This document shows positions 41,048-55,738 of a stretch of 64,000 nucleotides of DNA, piece by piece. The stretch comes from Eledone cirrhosa (taxonomy: Eukaryota). Position 1 is the stretch's first letter; each line of letters starts with the position of its first letter. Under the pieces are notes generated by a model. That model ran no database searches and was not told where the DNA came from. It worked only from the letters and a program-made list of their open reading frames with translations. The stretch is from NCBI GenBank assembly GCA_964016885.1, contig OZ024741.1, forward strand, positions 125,054,001 to 125,118,000. Direction: 5' to 3'. The position numbers and the translations under genes were made by a program.

Positions 41048-42322
41048 CAAACCTGATTTATAAATAACGACAGGAAATAAAATAACATAGTCTCGCTTTT
41101 GGAATCGAAACAATGATGCTAAGTCAAGTCGCCAGTAACGAATACCTCGTTCACTCTAACTAGCACATCAATGAAAAATACAAATTAATACATTTTAGTA
41201 ATTAGAGTGTTAATGTTAATGAATGATTGCCTTATTGACTTGGAATGGGAAAGGAAAATGAGAGTTGTAACTATGAGAATATATTCTATTAATATACATT
41301 GGTCACATGTAAGAGAAATGTCAATGTAACACGTATTTTACGCTGGTTTCTTAATTATTTTGCCATGCAGCCTTTTAATTAAATTAAATATCGATTTTTG
41401 TTTTATTTAAAAATTCTAATAAATGAAAATACATTTGAATTTGTTTGAAATAGAAATGAAGGAAAGCAACATGTTAGAGTTTAGAAGAGAACAACTCTTT
41501 ACATACAGACACGATCTGTCAATAGATTCGCCTGCTTCGATTCTGCAACCCTTTCAAGAATATAGCGATAGGTCGTATGATATGATGTATTTGACGGATG
41601 CATGGTTTCGACTCCCATTGGAGACTATTTCATGTCACATTGACCAATAATCAATAATGTATATTTTTTTAAAAGCATGACGTTTCAAATATTTCTATTC
41701 CCACATAAAACAATGGTCTTCTGTTGTGTATAAAACCAATACGTTCTTGTTATCGATTTCGAGGCAGCATGGCCGAATAGCTAAGACGTTCTCTTCTCAG
41801 TTTCTAAGTCCAGGATTCGATTCTTCACTCTGGCATCTTTGGTATGTGCTTTTTGTTTGCTTTTGTTTGCCATGACCTCGCGTCGATCCAAGCCTTTGTT
41901 AATTTTGTAGTATTTTCACTTCGGTTTACGTTTTCACTGAATGAATAATTACCTCCCTTGATTTTCTTTCTTTCTAATGGGGGACTCTATGTGTTTTAGA
42001 TATGGTTGCTAAAGTTGTGATATTTGCTTTTGTTTATAGCTGGTTATTGGTGGTTGTAGTATATCAGAATGTTCAATAAGATCGCTTAACCATTCGGCAT
42101 AACTATATGTATGAAAAAGTAAACGGAAACAGCAAAGCAAACAACACAGTACAATGAAGAAATATATTAATTTAACGTTTGATATAGTAGGGAAAATGTC
42201 ATTACGTTTTGGACACTATTCCGTCATCAAAAGATCGAATGAGAAATGAAAGATAAAATAGAAAGATATAGTGAGAAAACCACGTGTGTATTCAGTCAGC
42301 CGTTTTGGAGAACTATATATAC

Positions 42323-42394
<72 letters not shown>

Positions 42395-43823
42395 AGGGCG
42401 TTTGTTTTTAGCTTACTGCCTATGTCTTTGTTTATGGGCCGTAACTTTGTGGTTCGATAAATGGTGATCGATAGATTAATTAATAGACTTTAAAAAATTA
42501 AAACTGGGGTCAACATGCTCGACTAATTCAATAAAATAAGAAAAATAATTATATCTAACAATTCACGTATTTACTCGTATGTCTCGCAGAGTGATATATA
42601 TGCGAATTATATTAGACTACGTTTGACAGTTTAAGCAGACATGTCCATGAGTAATGTTGTACGAGATTGATGTATAATGATGTTGATGTACACTGCTGTT
42701 GAATTATGCACATACCACTTAGTCTCTGTCTTAGTTTTAAAAAGAAATGTCGAATATCATTATCTATTTAGTCATCCATGTTGATATCTATTCTATCTTC
42801 TCTTGGACTAGACATGCCTAGACAAGACAGCCAAAGATGAGATGATTTACAATTATTTCATTTTGGTTTCTATATAAATTTCTGTTAACATTACGTTTGT
42901 TCAGTGATCGATGTGTTCGAATTTTGTTGAAATTCTTCTAATGTCAGTCAACATCCGTGTCTTTTGTAGACAAAAATCAAAAATTCTGTTAATGTACATC
43001 TGCGCCGGCATTAACTAAATCACTGTCGTCATAACCCCTCTCCGCCATTATTCTCACACTTTCATCAAATCCTCTTCCCATCTGTCTACCTTTCATCCTC
43101 CTACTATATTTTTTATTCTTCCTCTTCTTCAACCTCTTCTTTGTGATCATGATAAATAATCACTTTTATCATTTCTATGAAGTTGCATATAATCATACAA
43201 AATAGAATTGTCATTTCATTTATGTTGCATACCCGGCTTGACATAAATAGGGACCGCTACAAAGCATCATATGGGCATTTATCTTCCAGAGAGGGGATAA
43301 TAATCTCTGAAATGCGTAATGATAATATTTGTATATTGAATGTGCAAAAGTGAAAATAGATAGGACTACATTAGTCATTAAGACTATCTATATAGAATAG
43401 CATATAAGACAGGGCGAGCAACTATGGAGGGTGTATTAATATCAGAATATAAAGACAAAACTATACACAGAGATACAGCATATGCGAAACCAACTATAAT
43501 AACTGCCTTGTTTCAACAGTTGAGAAATACTAAATAAAACAACCATGGTCCCCTACCTCTCTTGTGATAATTTACGACCACTGTTAAGCAGGGGACCTAT
43601 ACACCAGTAATATAAGTATTCTGATTCTGAAGATGGTTCTGCGAAGCCTTCCAAAGGACGTTGATACACGAATGGGTTAAGAAACGCTAATGTTAGAGAC
43701 TTAGAATGAAGAATGAATAAGGAAAAACAAAAACAACTTATTAAATATGATCCATCGGGACCATAGTCATGTTTTCAATAATAGACACACACACACACAA
43801 ACACACACACACACCCACGCACA

Positions 43824-43874
<51 letters not shown>

Positions 43875-43994
43875 ATGTGTGCATATGTATTTATTTCTCC
43901 ATTTTTCTGAATAACTGAATGTACGGGTGTTTAAATGTGTACATATATGTGTATATATATATAACGATATACACACTGATATATACATGGATAC

Positions 43995-44106
<112 letters not shown>

Positions 44107-44129
44107 ATATATATATACACACATACATA

Positions 44130-44726
44130 CATGGTGGCTGCCAACTCGTTTTCGAGTACGGCCACTACTTTATATCCCTACCGATGCGCTGAACAAGTGT
44201 GACTTTTTAGTCCAGCCAGCGACTTGAAAACTCTGGTACAAACACTACACTTGTGACAATTATTGACACACAGTGCTGGGCCCATGGTACCATGTGACGA
44301 CAAGTGCAGAGAGATCTCCAGATATAAAGCAATGCCTGTGCTGTGAAGCTTTTATAGTGAGCAAAGGCACTGCACAAAGCCAGTTCCACTCCCTTAACCA
44401 AGATGATATTTACCAAAAAGAAGAACAAGTCAACATCATTGGATACCATCAGAGTTACAGGTGTTATATCAGAGTTTTCCTTCTCCTAGAATTCTGCCTT
44501 GACAAAGGCTAAGGGGTCATCTCTCCCGGTGATTTTGGATAGCCATTGACTCTTAAGAGCTCATTTTCCCTTTTACAGGTTTTGTTTTTAGTCCTGCAGG
44601 ATGTCCAAAGTCACCCTCCTCACCAAGAAACCTTGGTGGGGTTGCCAGTTTAGTCGCCAACGACCCGACCATGGGACAGGTTTTACTGGGATACATGTTA
44701 CTAGTAGCACCAACTGGTGACCTGAC
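44130..44726 (-). mobile_element. Second copy of the ~600-bp RTE-derived element
   Basis: Collinear and highly similar to 27491-28098; CATA repeats at both ends. Confidence 0.85.
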
Positions 44727-45406
44727 ATAATACATACATACATACATGCGTGTGAATGCATGTATGTAATGTTATATGCATGTATGTAATGTTATGCGTA
44801 CGTGTGCTGCAGTATTTCTCTGATTCTATCGCTCATTGTATGCGCTTGTTCTCTCACCAAGTTCCACAGGTTTGATGTCTAAGAACGTGTTATACGCCTA
44901 CTATCCTTTTATCTATCTACATCTGTATATCTACCCTTCTTCTTCTTCCCTCTTTCTTTCTCTCCCACATCAGTAACATAAACTGATAGTTTAACACCTA
45001 TTTAATTGCGTTACATCTTTCTGTCCCAAAGCTTAAATTCATAGAGCAATTAATCTAGATTACTTCATTTTTGTAGATACATTACTAATGTACTTTCGGT
45101 GCAGCTGTCTCTGACTCCATTGATGCACTCTAGTAATATTGTACAGACACATACATATACGTGAAAGACCGCCGTATCCTTTGACTTTTCAAACAAGTAT
45201 TTACACGTCACGCGTTTGGCTTTATTGATATGAACGCACATATATTCTGCTTTCACCTTATATGCACTACGTGAGGGAAGTCTTAATTAATTCTTATTGA
45301 AATTAATTAGATTAGCGGGAAAATGCTTGGCCTGTTAATATGTATTGCATGTCAATCTCTCTCTTCCCTCTCCCTCTCTTTCTCTCTCTCTCTCTCTCGC
45401 GCGCGC

Positions 45407-45468
<62 letters not shown>

Positions 45469-45524
45469 TTTATATACACTAATTGTCAACCTTTGCTTAC
45501 TCTTATCTGTATTTCTATTCAAAT

Positions 45525-45638
<114 letters not shown>

Positions 45639-46239
45639 AAGTAAACGAGATATCGTTTACGGTTACCTAAGCTAAGGAATATTTCAGCGTACGGTGCTAG
45701 TTGATACAACTAGATGCTTACTTCGTTAAGTTTTTCGAAGCGTAGATTCCTGAAAGTTCCATGATTAGTAGCTCTTGGGGTATTACTAACAGGTAAAAGG
45801 TGATTAACATGGATAAAAGCGGTATAATGGGGTTTTATTCGAAGCGTTAACATGTTTCATCGCCTAATAAAAAATCCATTATGTCTTGAAATCGCTGTTG
45901 TCAATAGTTGATTGGCTATTGTGAAATTCGATTTTAAATACACAAAACAATGCAATCACTAGGTGAATTATCAAAATACTGATCATGGATTTAGCCTCAC
46001 AACGGTTTTATACCAAATAACATAAACATCAAAATGAAACGTAAAATAAACTGAGAGATAATTATATGCTTGAGTGGGTGGGGAGATAGGGATAATATAA
46101 AAGATTGGACTAACACTTGTGTAAAAACAAAGAAGGACAGGGAAGCCTAAAAAAATATAATAAATAAAAGATGAAAGAATTCAGAGCATATTAGCAGGTT
46201 TTAGATGGGTGTGGCTAGAACCGGTCAGTTTCCCTTACA

Positions 46240-47320
46240 GGTAATTACCGAATGCTAAAGCTGGCGCATTACTTCATTAGCTCCTGCAATTCCTGCACTT
46301 AATTCAGTCTCCTGCCTTCCATTAATCGTGATCACATCCCAAAGATACTTGAACTTCTCCACTTGCTTCAATGGAACTCCATTTACGTGTAGAGAGCATT
46401 GCATGGGCTTCCTTGAGAGAACGAGTGTCTCAGGTTTTGCAGCACTGATTTTCATTCCAGCTATACATCGCTCGGCATCAAGCCTATTAAGTGCAATTCG
46501 AAGATCACCTACTGTCGAGTTAAGTAATACCATGCCTAAGTTAAGTAATATCACGCCTACCAGCCGTGATACCACTTCCAACTCGGCTGTGTATGTCAAT
46601 CATGTGCATGTCAATCCTGAGGTGACAGTAGCCACTCTTGGCAGAGTCCGACTCCCACATTGAATAGTTTCGGTTTAACACCATTTATCCGAAAACAAAT
46701 ACTTGGGAATTCATATAGAGACATCAGAGCAACAAGAAGCTAACCATCAATCCCTTTCAGCAGGTTTCGTGGAACGCGGTGATACGCCTTTTCAATGTCA
46801 ACAAAGCAAGAATACACCTCTTGGCAGTACTCCCACGATTTCTCAAAGATCCACGTAGTGTGAATATTTCGTTGGCTGTGCTGTGTTCGGTTTGAGAACT
46901 ACACTATTAATCAGCTATCTTAGACTCGACAATTTCCCTACATTTCTTTCTTTGCCAGAGACCTAGCATAGACTTTACTGAGGAAGCTTTACAAGGAGAT
47001 TCCTCTATAATTGGAACAGTCTCTCTTGTCTACCATTTTTAACATTGAGATTATCACTCCCGACTCCCATTGCTTAGGTGCTTTTCCAGAGAACCAGCCC
47101 CCACGGCACTCACGTGTCAGCCAGAGAATACGTTCTCTTTTTAAGATTTTTAACATCTCGGACCGGATTTCATCCTTTCCAGCCGCCTTACCACATTTGA
47201 TCTATTTAATTGCTTTTATAACCTCAGCCCCCGAGAGATTAGTTATCGCTTATGGATGCACTTCCATGCTGTTGTGATCGAGTTGCGACCAGCAAATAGT
47301 ATCAGCAATGGAAAGACGAT
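46240..47320 (-). pseudogene. RTE-clade LINE RT fragment
   Basis: CGKAAGKDEIRSEMLK, GMKISAAKPETLV and LKQVEKFKYL, with many disruptions. Confidence 0.8.
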
Positions 47321-47354
47321 CATATTTAAATACGCATACATACATAACTTTTTA

Positions 47355-47662
47355 ACTGATGACGTGTGTTCCAATTGATCCGATCAACGGAACAGCCTGC
47401 TCGTGAAATTAACGTGTAAGTGGCTAAGCATTCCACAGACACGCGTACTCTGGGAGATTCAGCATGACACCGACTTAGTTCGCTAGGGAAGATCCAGGGT
47501 GACAGTGAATGACAAGGCTGGCCCTTCGAAATACAGGTACAACTCATGTTTTGCCAGCTGGGTTGACTGAAGCAACGTGAAATAAAGTGTCTTGCTCGAG
47601 GATACAACGCGCCGCCCGGAATTGAATGCACGACCTTACGATTGTGGGCCGAATAACCTAAA
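47355..47662 (-). mobile_element. tRNA-derived SINE family B
   Basis: Minus-strand tRNA-like head (...TTCAATTCC), followed by TCCTCGAGCAAGACACTTT. Confidence 0.75.
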
Positions 47663-49124
47663 AACAAAGACACGCGCCTTCATTCATACATACACACACG
47701 CACACATATGTGTGTATATATATATATGGGGGAGGTATTCCCGTGTTTATTTTTGTTTTTACCAATTTATAACCCGCTGCGTCAAAGATTTAATAATTTA
47801 CTCACTTCATAATTTTTAGAAAAAAGTCGATAAAATAATTACCAGACTGAAATAATTACTGGAATCGATATGATCGACTAAAATACTCGAAGGCGGTGTC
47901 CCAGCATGACTGAAGTTCAATTACTGAAAATAGCAAAACAAAAAAATTATTAATAAATTGAGTAATTAAATAAAATAAAATTAAATAAAATTTAAACAAA
48001 ATCTGTTCATTAAAGGAAATATATGCCAACTGGCGTGTGATATTGTTGCCTCTGTAAACAATATCAACAATAAGGCAATATGCAAAATCAGTAGAACATC
48101 GAAAAAAATCCGTTGTGGTTTTTATTGCGGCTCTTTTTTTCTTTTAGCGATCAAACTTTATTGAGATCAAGCATGTCTTTCAATTAATCCTGGGGCTCAA
48201 TTAGTTGGAGTTTAATATAATCCCTCGCTCGAAGTTTGAAACCTTGTACCTATGTAAAACATCGGTATATGTAAAAATACGGATGAAAGAGAGGGGTGAA
48301 TGAAAAGAGAGAATGGGTGGGAATGGGAGAAAGAGAGGGAGGAAAATACAGATTGAATACCTTTTTTAATAATAGATCTGTTAAATCACAGATGTAGTTG
48401 GGCTAAACAGTAATAAAGGAATATGCTGTTACATATTCTTAATTTGTTAACACTTAATCAGAGATGGAAGAGCAATGCCCATCACATATTAGTTGTTTAT
48501 TTTCAGATCTTCTGAGTTATGTGGGAAGAGAGAGGAGGATGTTTTCCTCAAACCCAGCCCAAATATTAGCAGCTCCGCGAACTCCGCATCCATGAAACCA
48601 AGGATGTTAAAACGAGCGATGCATTACGCCAACCACTTATTATCATAGAATGTAAAGTGGCGGAACAAATATGGAAGGTGTTCTTGTCGGAAATTAAGCT
48701 GATACTTTATTTTATCGAACTCGAAAGGTTAAAATGCAAAGTTGACCTCGGTGGGATTTCTGCTCACAAAACAGTGAGATAACATCTGCAAGGCAAAGCA
48801 CTTCATATGTCTACTTATTAGACGCCTACAAAAAATACTGCAAGAGAGAATATGCATTGGAATGGAATGTGGTATTCCACAGACACATATAACCTTAAAG
48901 AAAATACCCAAAACAATTCAACGTGAAACAATGCGTGGCCAGGCGAGACCTTTTAATTTCAGGTACAATCTAACCGGTGAGCTTGCAAACAGTTTCTGTC
49001 TACCCAATTAAAAACACTTGCCCAAGATGTCATGCTGGGAAATAGAACCTCAGAGCTAACGATTGTGAATCGAACTTCATAATTACTCAGCCGTGCTTCA
49101 TACACATATGCAGAGATAGATTCA

Positions 49125-49436
49125 GGTAGTGAATTGGCAGAGTCGTTAGAACGTTCTGGCTCCCTACTCTCGGATTTCAAATCCCGCCGAGGTCAACTTT
49201 GCCTTTCATCCTTTCGAAGTCGATAAAAAAAAGTACCTGTCATGTTGCGGGTCGATCTTTCCTCTATATCTCTTTCTCATTTCCTCTTTCTCATTTCCTC
49301 TCTCTCACTTTCTTTCTCTGGAAGAAATATTAGGCCTGGGGAGGGATGGGCTCCGCCAGGCTTAAAATGCCCAATAAACGCCGTATATCAATACGGTACC
49401 CATATGACTCTATCAGGAGTTACGGGACCATACATA
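49125..49436 (+). mobile_element. SINE family A, long-tail form
   Basis: Head, core, CT-rich linker and a tail ending CCATACATAC. Confidence 0.8.
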
Positions 49437-50033
49437 CAAAGATAGATAGATAGATAGATAGGAGGAGACGGACGACGCAGATTTATGGTATGAATGAAAC
49501 TTGTTTAAAATATTTCCTAGCAGGCACTTTTGCCATGCGTTTGTCTTCCAGACGAATAAATACGTTATTATATATAGATTCATTTTAAATATTTATCCCT
49601 AAATAATATGCCATGTCTGTTAATATTTCGTCCATATTAACATCTCCAATAAACAACAATTTCTATGCTATCATTTTGCGCGGTTCCTTTAACGTTGAGT
49701 TTAGCCGTACAGAATGACCATTTTCTGCCATAATTTCCTTGTCACTATTATAAATGATTTATTTTCTTTGGTGATTTGATATATTCTTCAAGTGTAACTG
49801 CAGCAAGTTTGACATATGAAAGGGCAATTTGTAACATTAATAATCAACTGTTCATGCGCAACATGACATTGTTATCTCCCCTGTCAGCCAGATTTCACAA
49901 ATATATTGTATCTGTGTCAGCAATCTATTGTGCACTTTATGTTGGACGTATGAAAAGGTCTATTAATAAATGCCTTTCAATATTCATGCAGAAACTATAT
50001 ACAATACTAATACACCCTTTCACATTCACACAC

Positions 50034-50081
<48 letters not shown>

Positions 50082-50102
50082 GTGTGTGTGTATGTGTGTA
50101 TG

Positions 50103-50284
<182 letters not shown>

Positions 50285-50337
50285 TAAATTAATAAAATAA
50301 TGAATAAACAAAGAAACAGTTCCTTATATTAAAAAAT

Positions 50338-50475
50338 TCATCATTTTACGATCGTTTCTAGGATATATATGTTAGTGTTGGTATGCATATCCTATAGATC
50401 TATGTAAAATTTTTACAAACTATCAGAGGGAATATATATACCTACACATATATATGCTGTCTTCAGAAATAATGA
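50338..50475 (-). ncRNA. Hammerhead-like motif with a ~100-nt domain II in the PLE 3' UTR
   Basis: Minus strand: tcattattt-CTGAAGA-[101 nt]-GAAA-CGATCG-TA-aaatgatga; 9-bp stem I, palindrome ACGATCGT. Confidence 0.7.
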
Positions 50476-51372
50476 TATTTGTTTATTGAAAAAAACCAAC
50501 AAAGATTTAATACAATAGGTCTGTTTGGGAACAGGTTTTGAATTGACCAATAGAAAGATAGTGAAGGTCAAGATGGTAAAATAGTAGTAAAAGAACCTTA
50601 ATTTATGGGTAGATGAAGGTAGATTTTAGTTTTGGATGGAAAGAATATTATGAATGAAAGATTATTTTAGGGATGAAAATAGGTCATATGCTGACCTCAG
50701 AAATAATTATATTTGTTCATTGAATAAAACCAACAAAGATTTAATATAGTAGGTCTGTTTGGGAACAGGTTTTGAATTGACCAATGGAAAGGTAATAATT
50801 GGCCAAATGGTAAAATAGTAGTAATGGAAGTTTATTTTAGGGGTAGAAGAAGGCAGATTTCAGTTTTGAATGGAAGGAGTATGAAGAATGAAAAGGTTAT
50901 TTTAGGGGTGAAAATAGGTCAGGTCAGTAAAAGGTACACGAAAAGTTGCTGTTATAAAAGAATAATGCCAATGTAAATATCTAAGGAGACTAAAATTTTA
51001 CGATAAAAGTGTTAGTGAAAAAAATATATATGGAATTTACATCTATGAAAAGAATATAAATTAATTTAATTGATGGGTATATTTATATTGATAAAATTAT
51101 ATTAATGCATATAGATATGATAAATAAGAGTTGGATGTAATTGAAGAGTGCTGTTAAAGACGAGGGGAAATTAATAAATATATAGAGATTTCAAGGAACA
51201 TAGAATCATAACCTGAAATTAAAACATTATATATGTTTACTTAATGGTATCAATTTTAGGAAAAGATAGTTGTAAGAAGGAAAGTAAAATTATGTAGTTC
51301 TTCAGTAGTAGAATATTAATTATAGGTTAACTAAATTAAAAAAAGTTTTTATATTAATTTCTAAAATGTATA

Positions 51373-53789
51373 TTAATTAGGTTTATAATATTTAAAGGTT
51401 TTTCTCAGTTTATGATTACACGATATTATTAATTCCTGTCGCTTATTTAATAGGATATCCTTAGATTTCATTATTTCAAAAAGTTCTTGGGAACACAATC
51501 TACATTCATATCTATTATTTTGATAAGGGATTGCCCTTTTGAGCACACTCCAGGTCAGGTCATAATCTATATTCCTCTTTCTATAATTATTAATTATTTC
51601 AGCTAGAGATGTTGTATTAGCTAATGCAGCATTTTTAAAACTATGTTTGTGGGTATTAAATCTTACTTTAAATTGGTTAGAGGTAGCTCCTATATATGAA
51701 TAAATTGAGTCCTTAGTGTTAACTTTACATTTATATACTATGTTATTAACAAGGCAATTTCCTTTTAATGGGCAATTTGCTTTGTTTCTACAGTTACAAC
51801 TTTTCGTGAATCCTGTATCAGAGGAGATATTATGGTTAGTTTGATGTACTGGTGGTATACTCATGGTTTTTTTACATTTATATGCATTGTAGGCACTTAT
51901 ATTTTGTTTTATGTTTTTGGTTGTTGAGTAGGAGAATTTAACCGTTGATCTATTTAAAATGTGATGGTATTTGTGGTTTGGCGGGAAGTTCTTCTCTAGG
52001 ATATTAAAACATTTTTTAGGTATATTATCCTTAATTTGTAAATTAAATGGAGCATTATACCAAGTAACTCGTCTATTACGGTTTCGATGTTGTTTATTGT
52101 TTTTATAGGATGTATCCTGATGTTTATTAAGAGAATTATTGTTAATGACTTCACCACACACATTTTTAGTTAGATTTATTGATTTAGGTGTTTTAGCTTG
52201 TTTATTAGGAGTTTTATTATTAACATTTATTAGAGTAGTAGGATGAATAGTTTTTTGAGAGTTACTATATTGTATATTAGAAGAGTTAGAGAAATTTGGT
52301 TTTATGTTGGTATTTTGGGGTATAGTGTGAGTGGCATTTAGGTGTGTATGTTTCATTTGGTGTTTGTTGGTAATATTAGGTTGTATGTTTGTAGTGTTAT
52401 TGGTACAAGGTATATATACTAATTTATTTTTGTGGCCACTTCTAGCTAAAGCTTCGTTATAAAAGGTCGCATTTTTATCAAATACATCCTGGTTAGACGA
52501 AAGGTTAGAAATTCTAAGTGAGATATTATATGCTAGGTTTTTAAGGATAGATTTAGGGTGATTAGATTGTGAGTGTATGTAATGTAAATTTTGGTTAGGT
52601 TTATGGTAAGGTTGGTAGATACCCGTAGATAAGTCTAATGTTATATCTAGGAAATTAACTACTTTACTTGTGTTTTCAAATGTAATATCTAGACTATAAT
52701 AGTCTTTGAGGAAAATTCTAATAAGCTTTTTATTTTTTTCTATCTCTGAAAGGCTAAGGTTATTGGAAAGAAGAAGACAGTCGTCACGATATAAACCACC
52801 TTTAAGGTGGGGAAAGGAAGCATTTATGTTAAAAAGAAGAAAGAGGCCCACAAGATCAATAATTTGGGCAGAATCACTTGAGCCCATAGTAATATCGAAT
52901 AGATTACTATATGTGTTTCTGATCCAGTATTCATTTTGAAATTCCAATAGTGTTTGTCTAGCATGTGTAATAATATTAATGTCGTCCAAAGTTAAGTTAG
53001 ATCTATTTTTAGCAAATATCAAGGCTTTGTTCAGGAGTATAGGTGATATAGAGGAATAATAATTATCTATATCAAATTGTAGAAATGAAGCAGAAGATTT
53101 ATTTCTAATATTATTAAACCAGTTAATTACCTGGGATGTGTTTTCCCAGAGTGGTAAATTAACATGTTTTGTTAGTTGTGGGATGACTCTATCTAAAAAA
53201 TGTTTACTAATGATTCCAATATCTTATAGAAGGATTAGAATTAAAGTTAGATTTATGATCTTTCAGGTTGAAATATGGTCTTTTCAGTGCCAAAGGTTCA
53301 GTTCTATCTTCGATATTAAGTCTATTCACTATGTTGTGTGTTTTATTGTTGATGTTGGTAAGTGACGCATTGTTTGTTTTTTTATAATTTTTCCTGAGTT
53401 CTTTATGTATGAACTCATTGTAATTTTCAATATCCATGTGATACAGATTTCCAGTTTTGTCAGAGTGGACATGGATTTTTTTAGATTTTTTTAGATCCAA
53501 TAGGGTAGAATCAAGATCCTTTTGAAAATTAGATTTATACTTCTTAAATTTGAGGTGTTTGATTAAGTTAAAAAAGTCTTTCTCAAAGTTTTCAAGTGGA
53601 TTTTTATATGTAGTGAAATCATATAAATATTTCTTATCAGTACATTTTGTTTTTTTATCGAAGTGGTAAGGCCCTCCATCTGACCCTTTTGATAAATTGG
53701 TTGGTTTTTTGTATCATAAGAAGTAAGAAATCATCTTTAGAAGGTAATGGTATATTCTTTAAAGAAGTTCCCAAGTATTGTTTTTCCAT
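51373..53789 (-). pseudogene. PLE RT-GIY-YIG polyprotein, frameshifted in the 5' part
   Basis: 549-aa open frame with MGSSDSA, GGLYRDD, NFLDITL, SNHP, CNC...CP...C, NIVY...SYIG and CRLC; upstream pieces include SDKTGNLY and LKDHK. Confidence 0.92.
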
Positions 53790-53934
53790 TGTGATATGGA
53801 TAATGGACAAGAAAAAGAGCTCAACTATATATATATGGAGTTATAAAGTTATACACATATATATAAATATATATACACATACACATACATATACATTCAC
53901 AAAATTAAGAAAATCCCCATATATATATATACAT

Positions 53935-53979
<45 letters not shown>

Positions 53980-53982
<3 letters not shown>

Positions 53983-54147
53983 CGAAGGAAATGTGGTAAG
54001 GATCCAGGTGGACCATAATGCACCAAAGTACTCAATACTTGGGGTAGTAGAGTGGGTAATAGGAACCAGTAAGGCGGATAAATTTTCATTTAGTCCAGAA
54101 TTAGCCGTCGAAACGGCTTGAGCTCAGCCGTCGGGGTCTTACTGGTT

Positions 54148-54152
<5 letters not shown>
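53980..54152. mobile_element. Fold-back insertion, half-hammerhead family
   Basis: Inverted tail joined to ggcgg...ccgtc-GAAA-cggc...gccg-TC-ggggtc; in (TA)n. Confidence 0.8.
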
Positions 54153-54186
<34 letters not shown>

Positions 54187-54807
54187 ATAAAGGTGAAGGG
54201 TGGGGACCACGTTTAATGGAATAAATACAGTAAATTAAAAGGCACGGAGATGGTAAAAATACAAACAAAGAAATATACACAGACGTAGATGGTGAAACGA
54301 ATATGTGATATTAATTTATACATGACTGGTTAAGAAAAGATAATGCTCTAATCCTGCATCACCACGCAGGCACCTCTGTCGATTTGTTTCCGTCTCAGGG
54401 AGTAATTTAATGGGCGGCGGGTTTTCTCAACCATATTTACAGTGATGAACTGTTATTATAGTAATTTGCAGTAATGCACTGGGTAATTGCTGGCCTTGTG
54501 CCAAAGGTAGAAACAATTATAGTAATTTGCGTAGGGACAAAAACATTTCAAATTCCACACACACACACATGCACACACACACATATATATATATTTATAA
54601 GTGTGTATATACATCCACCACACACACACATATATATACATACATATATATATGTGTGTGTGTGTGTGTGTTCCGGGTTAAATCGGGGGTACTTACACAG
54701 TAAGTAAGGTTCCTCTATACATAGTAGAGTATATACAATGTTTAAAATATAGAAATGGCTTCTACATGACTATTTATACACACACACATATATATATACG
54801 TATATAT

Positions 54808-54869
54808 ATAGGAAAATGTATGACCCCGACGGCAGAGTTCAAGCCGTTTCGACGGCTATTTCTGGACAT
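54808..54869 (-). mobile_element. Single-arm half-hammerhead fragment in (TA)n
   Basis: Matches the 8811/12299 family. Confidence 0.75.
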
Positions 54870-54935
54870 ATATATATGTATATATATATATATGTATGTA
54901 TATATATATATATGTATGTATATATATATATATAT

Positions 54936-55008
54936 AATAAATTGAAGTGAAAACAACTGGTGCGTGTGTTTCTTATTGGCAACATGACCCTCCCAAAGTA
55001 TAACAATA
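54936..55008 (+). mobile_element. Isolated 3' tail of the 10519 PLE in (TA)n
   Basis: Near-identical to 12170-12240. Confidence 0.85.
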
Positions 55009-55034
55009 TACATATATATATGTATATATATATG

Positions 55035-55405
<371 letters not shown>

Positions 55406-55458
55406 ATATATATATACATGACTATTTATACACACACATATATATATATACGTATATA

Positions 55459-55515
55459 TATAGGAAATTGTATGACCCCAACGGCAGAGTTCAAGCCGTT
55501 TCGACGGCTATTTCT

Positions 55516-55520
<5 letters not shown>
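55459..55520 (-). mobile_element. Single-arm half-hammerhead fragment in (TA)n
   Basis: Matches 54808-54869. Confidence 0.75.
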
Positions 55521-55553
<33 letters not shown>

Positions 55554-55738
55554 CCTAACTGATTAACCTCAGTGTCACGTGATTGATTCTTTAGAATCTG
55601 CCACTGACCAGAGGCAGTGAATTTTTTCATTGCTCCGGAATTTAGTCCTCGCTAGCTTTATTCCATCCACTGAATTATTATTATTTTTATATGGGTTCCT
55701 AGTGTGCGCGCATCGGCTGGGAACTTAGCTGAGAATAG

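Larger units (their letters stand above)
50300..53830 (-). mobile_element. Near full-length Penelope-like retroelement (C-terminal GIY-YIG)
   Basis: ATG at 53789 (MEKQYLGTSLKNIPLP...FIKRVRWRA), RT, Cys-rich linker, endonuclease, 3' UTR with a 234-bp tandem and an HHR; (TA)n beyond both ends. Confidence 0.9.
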
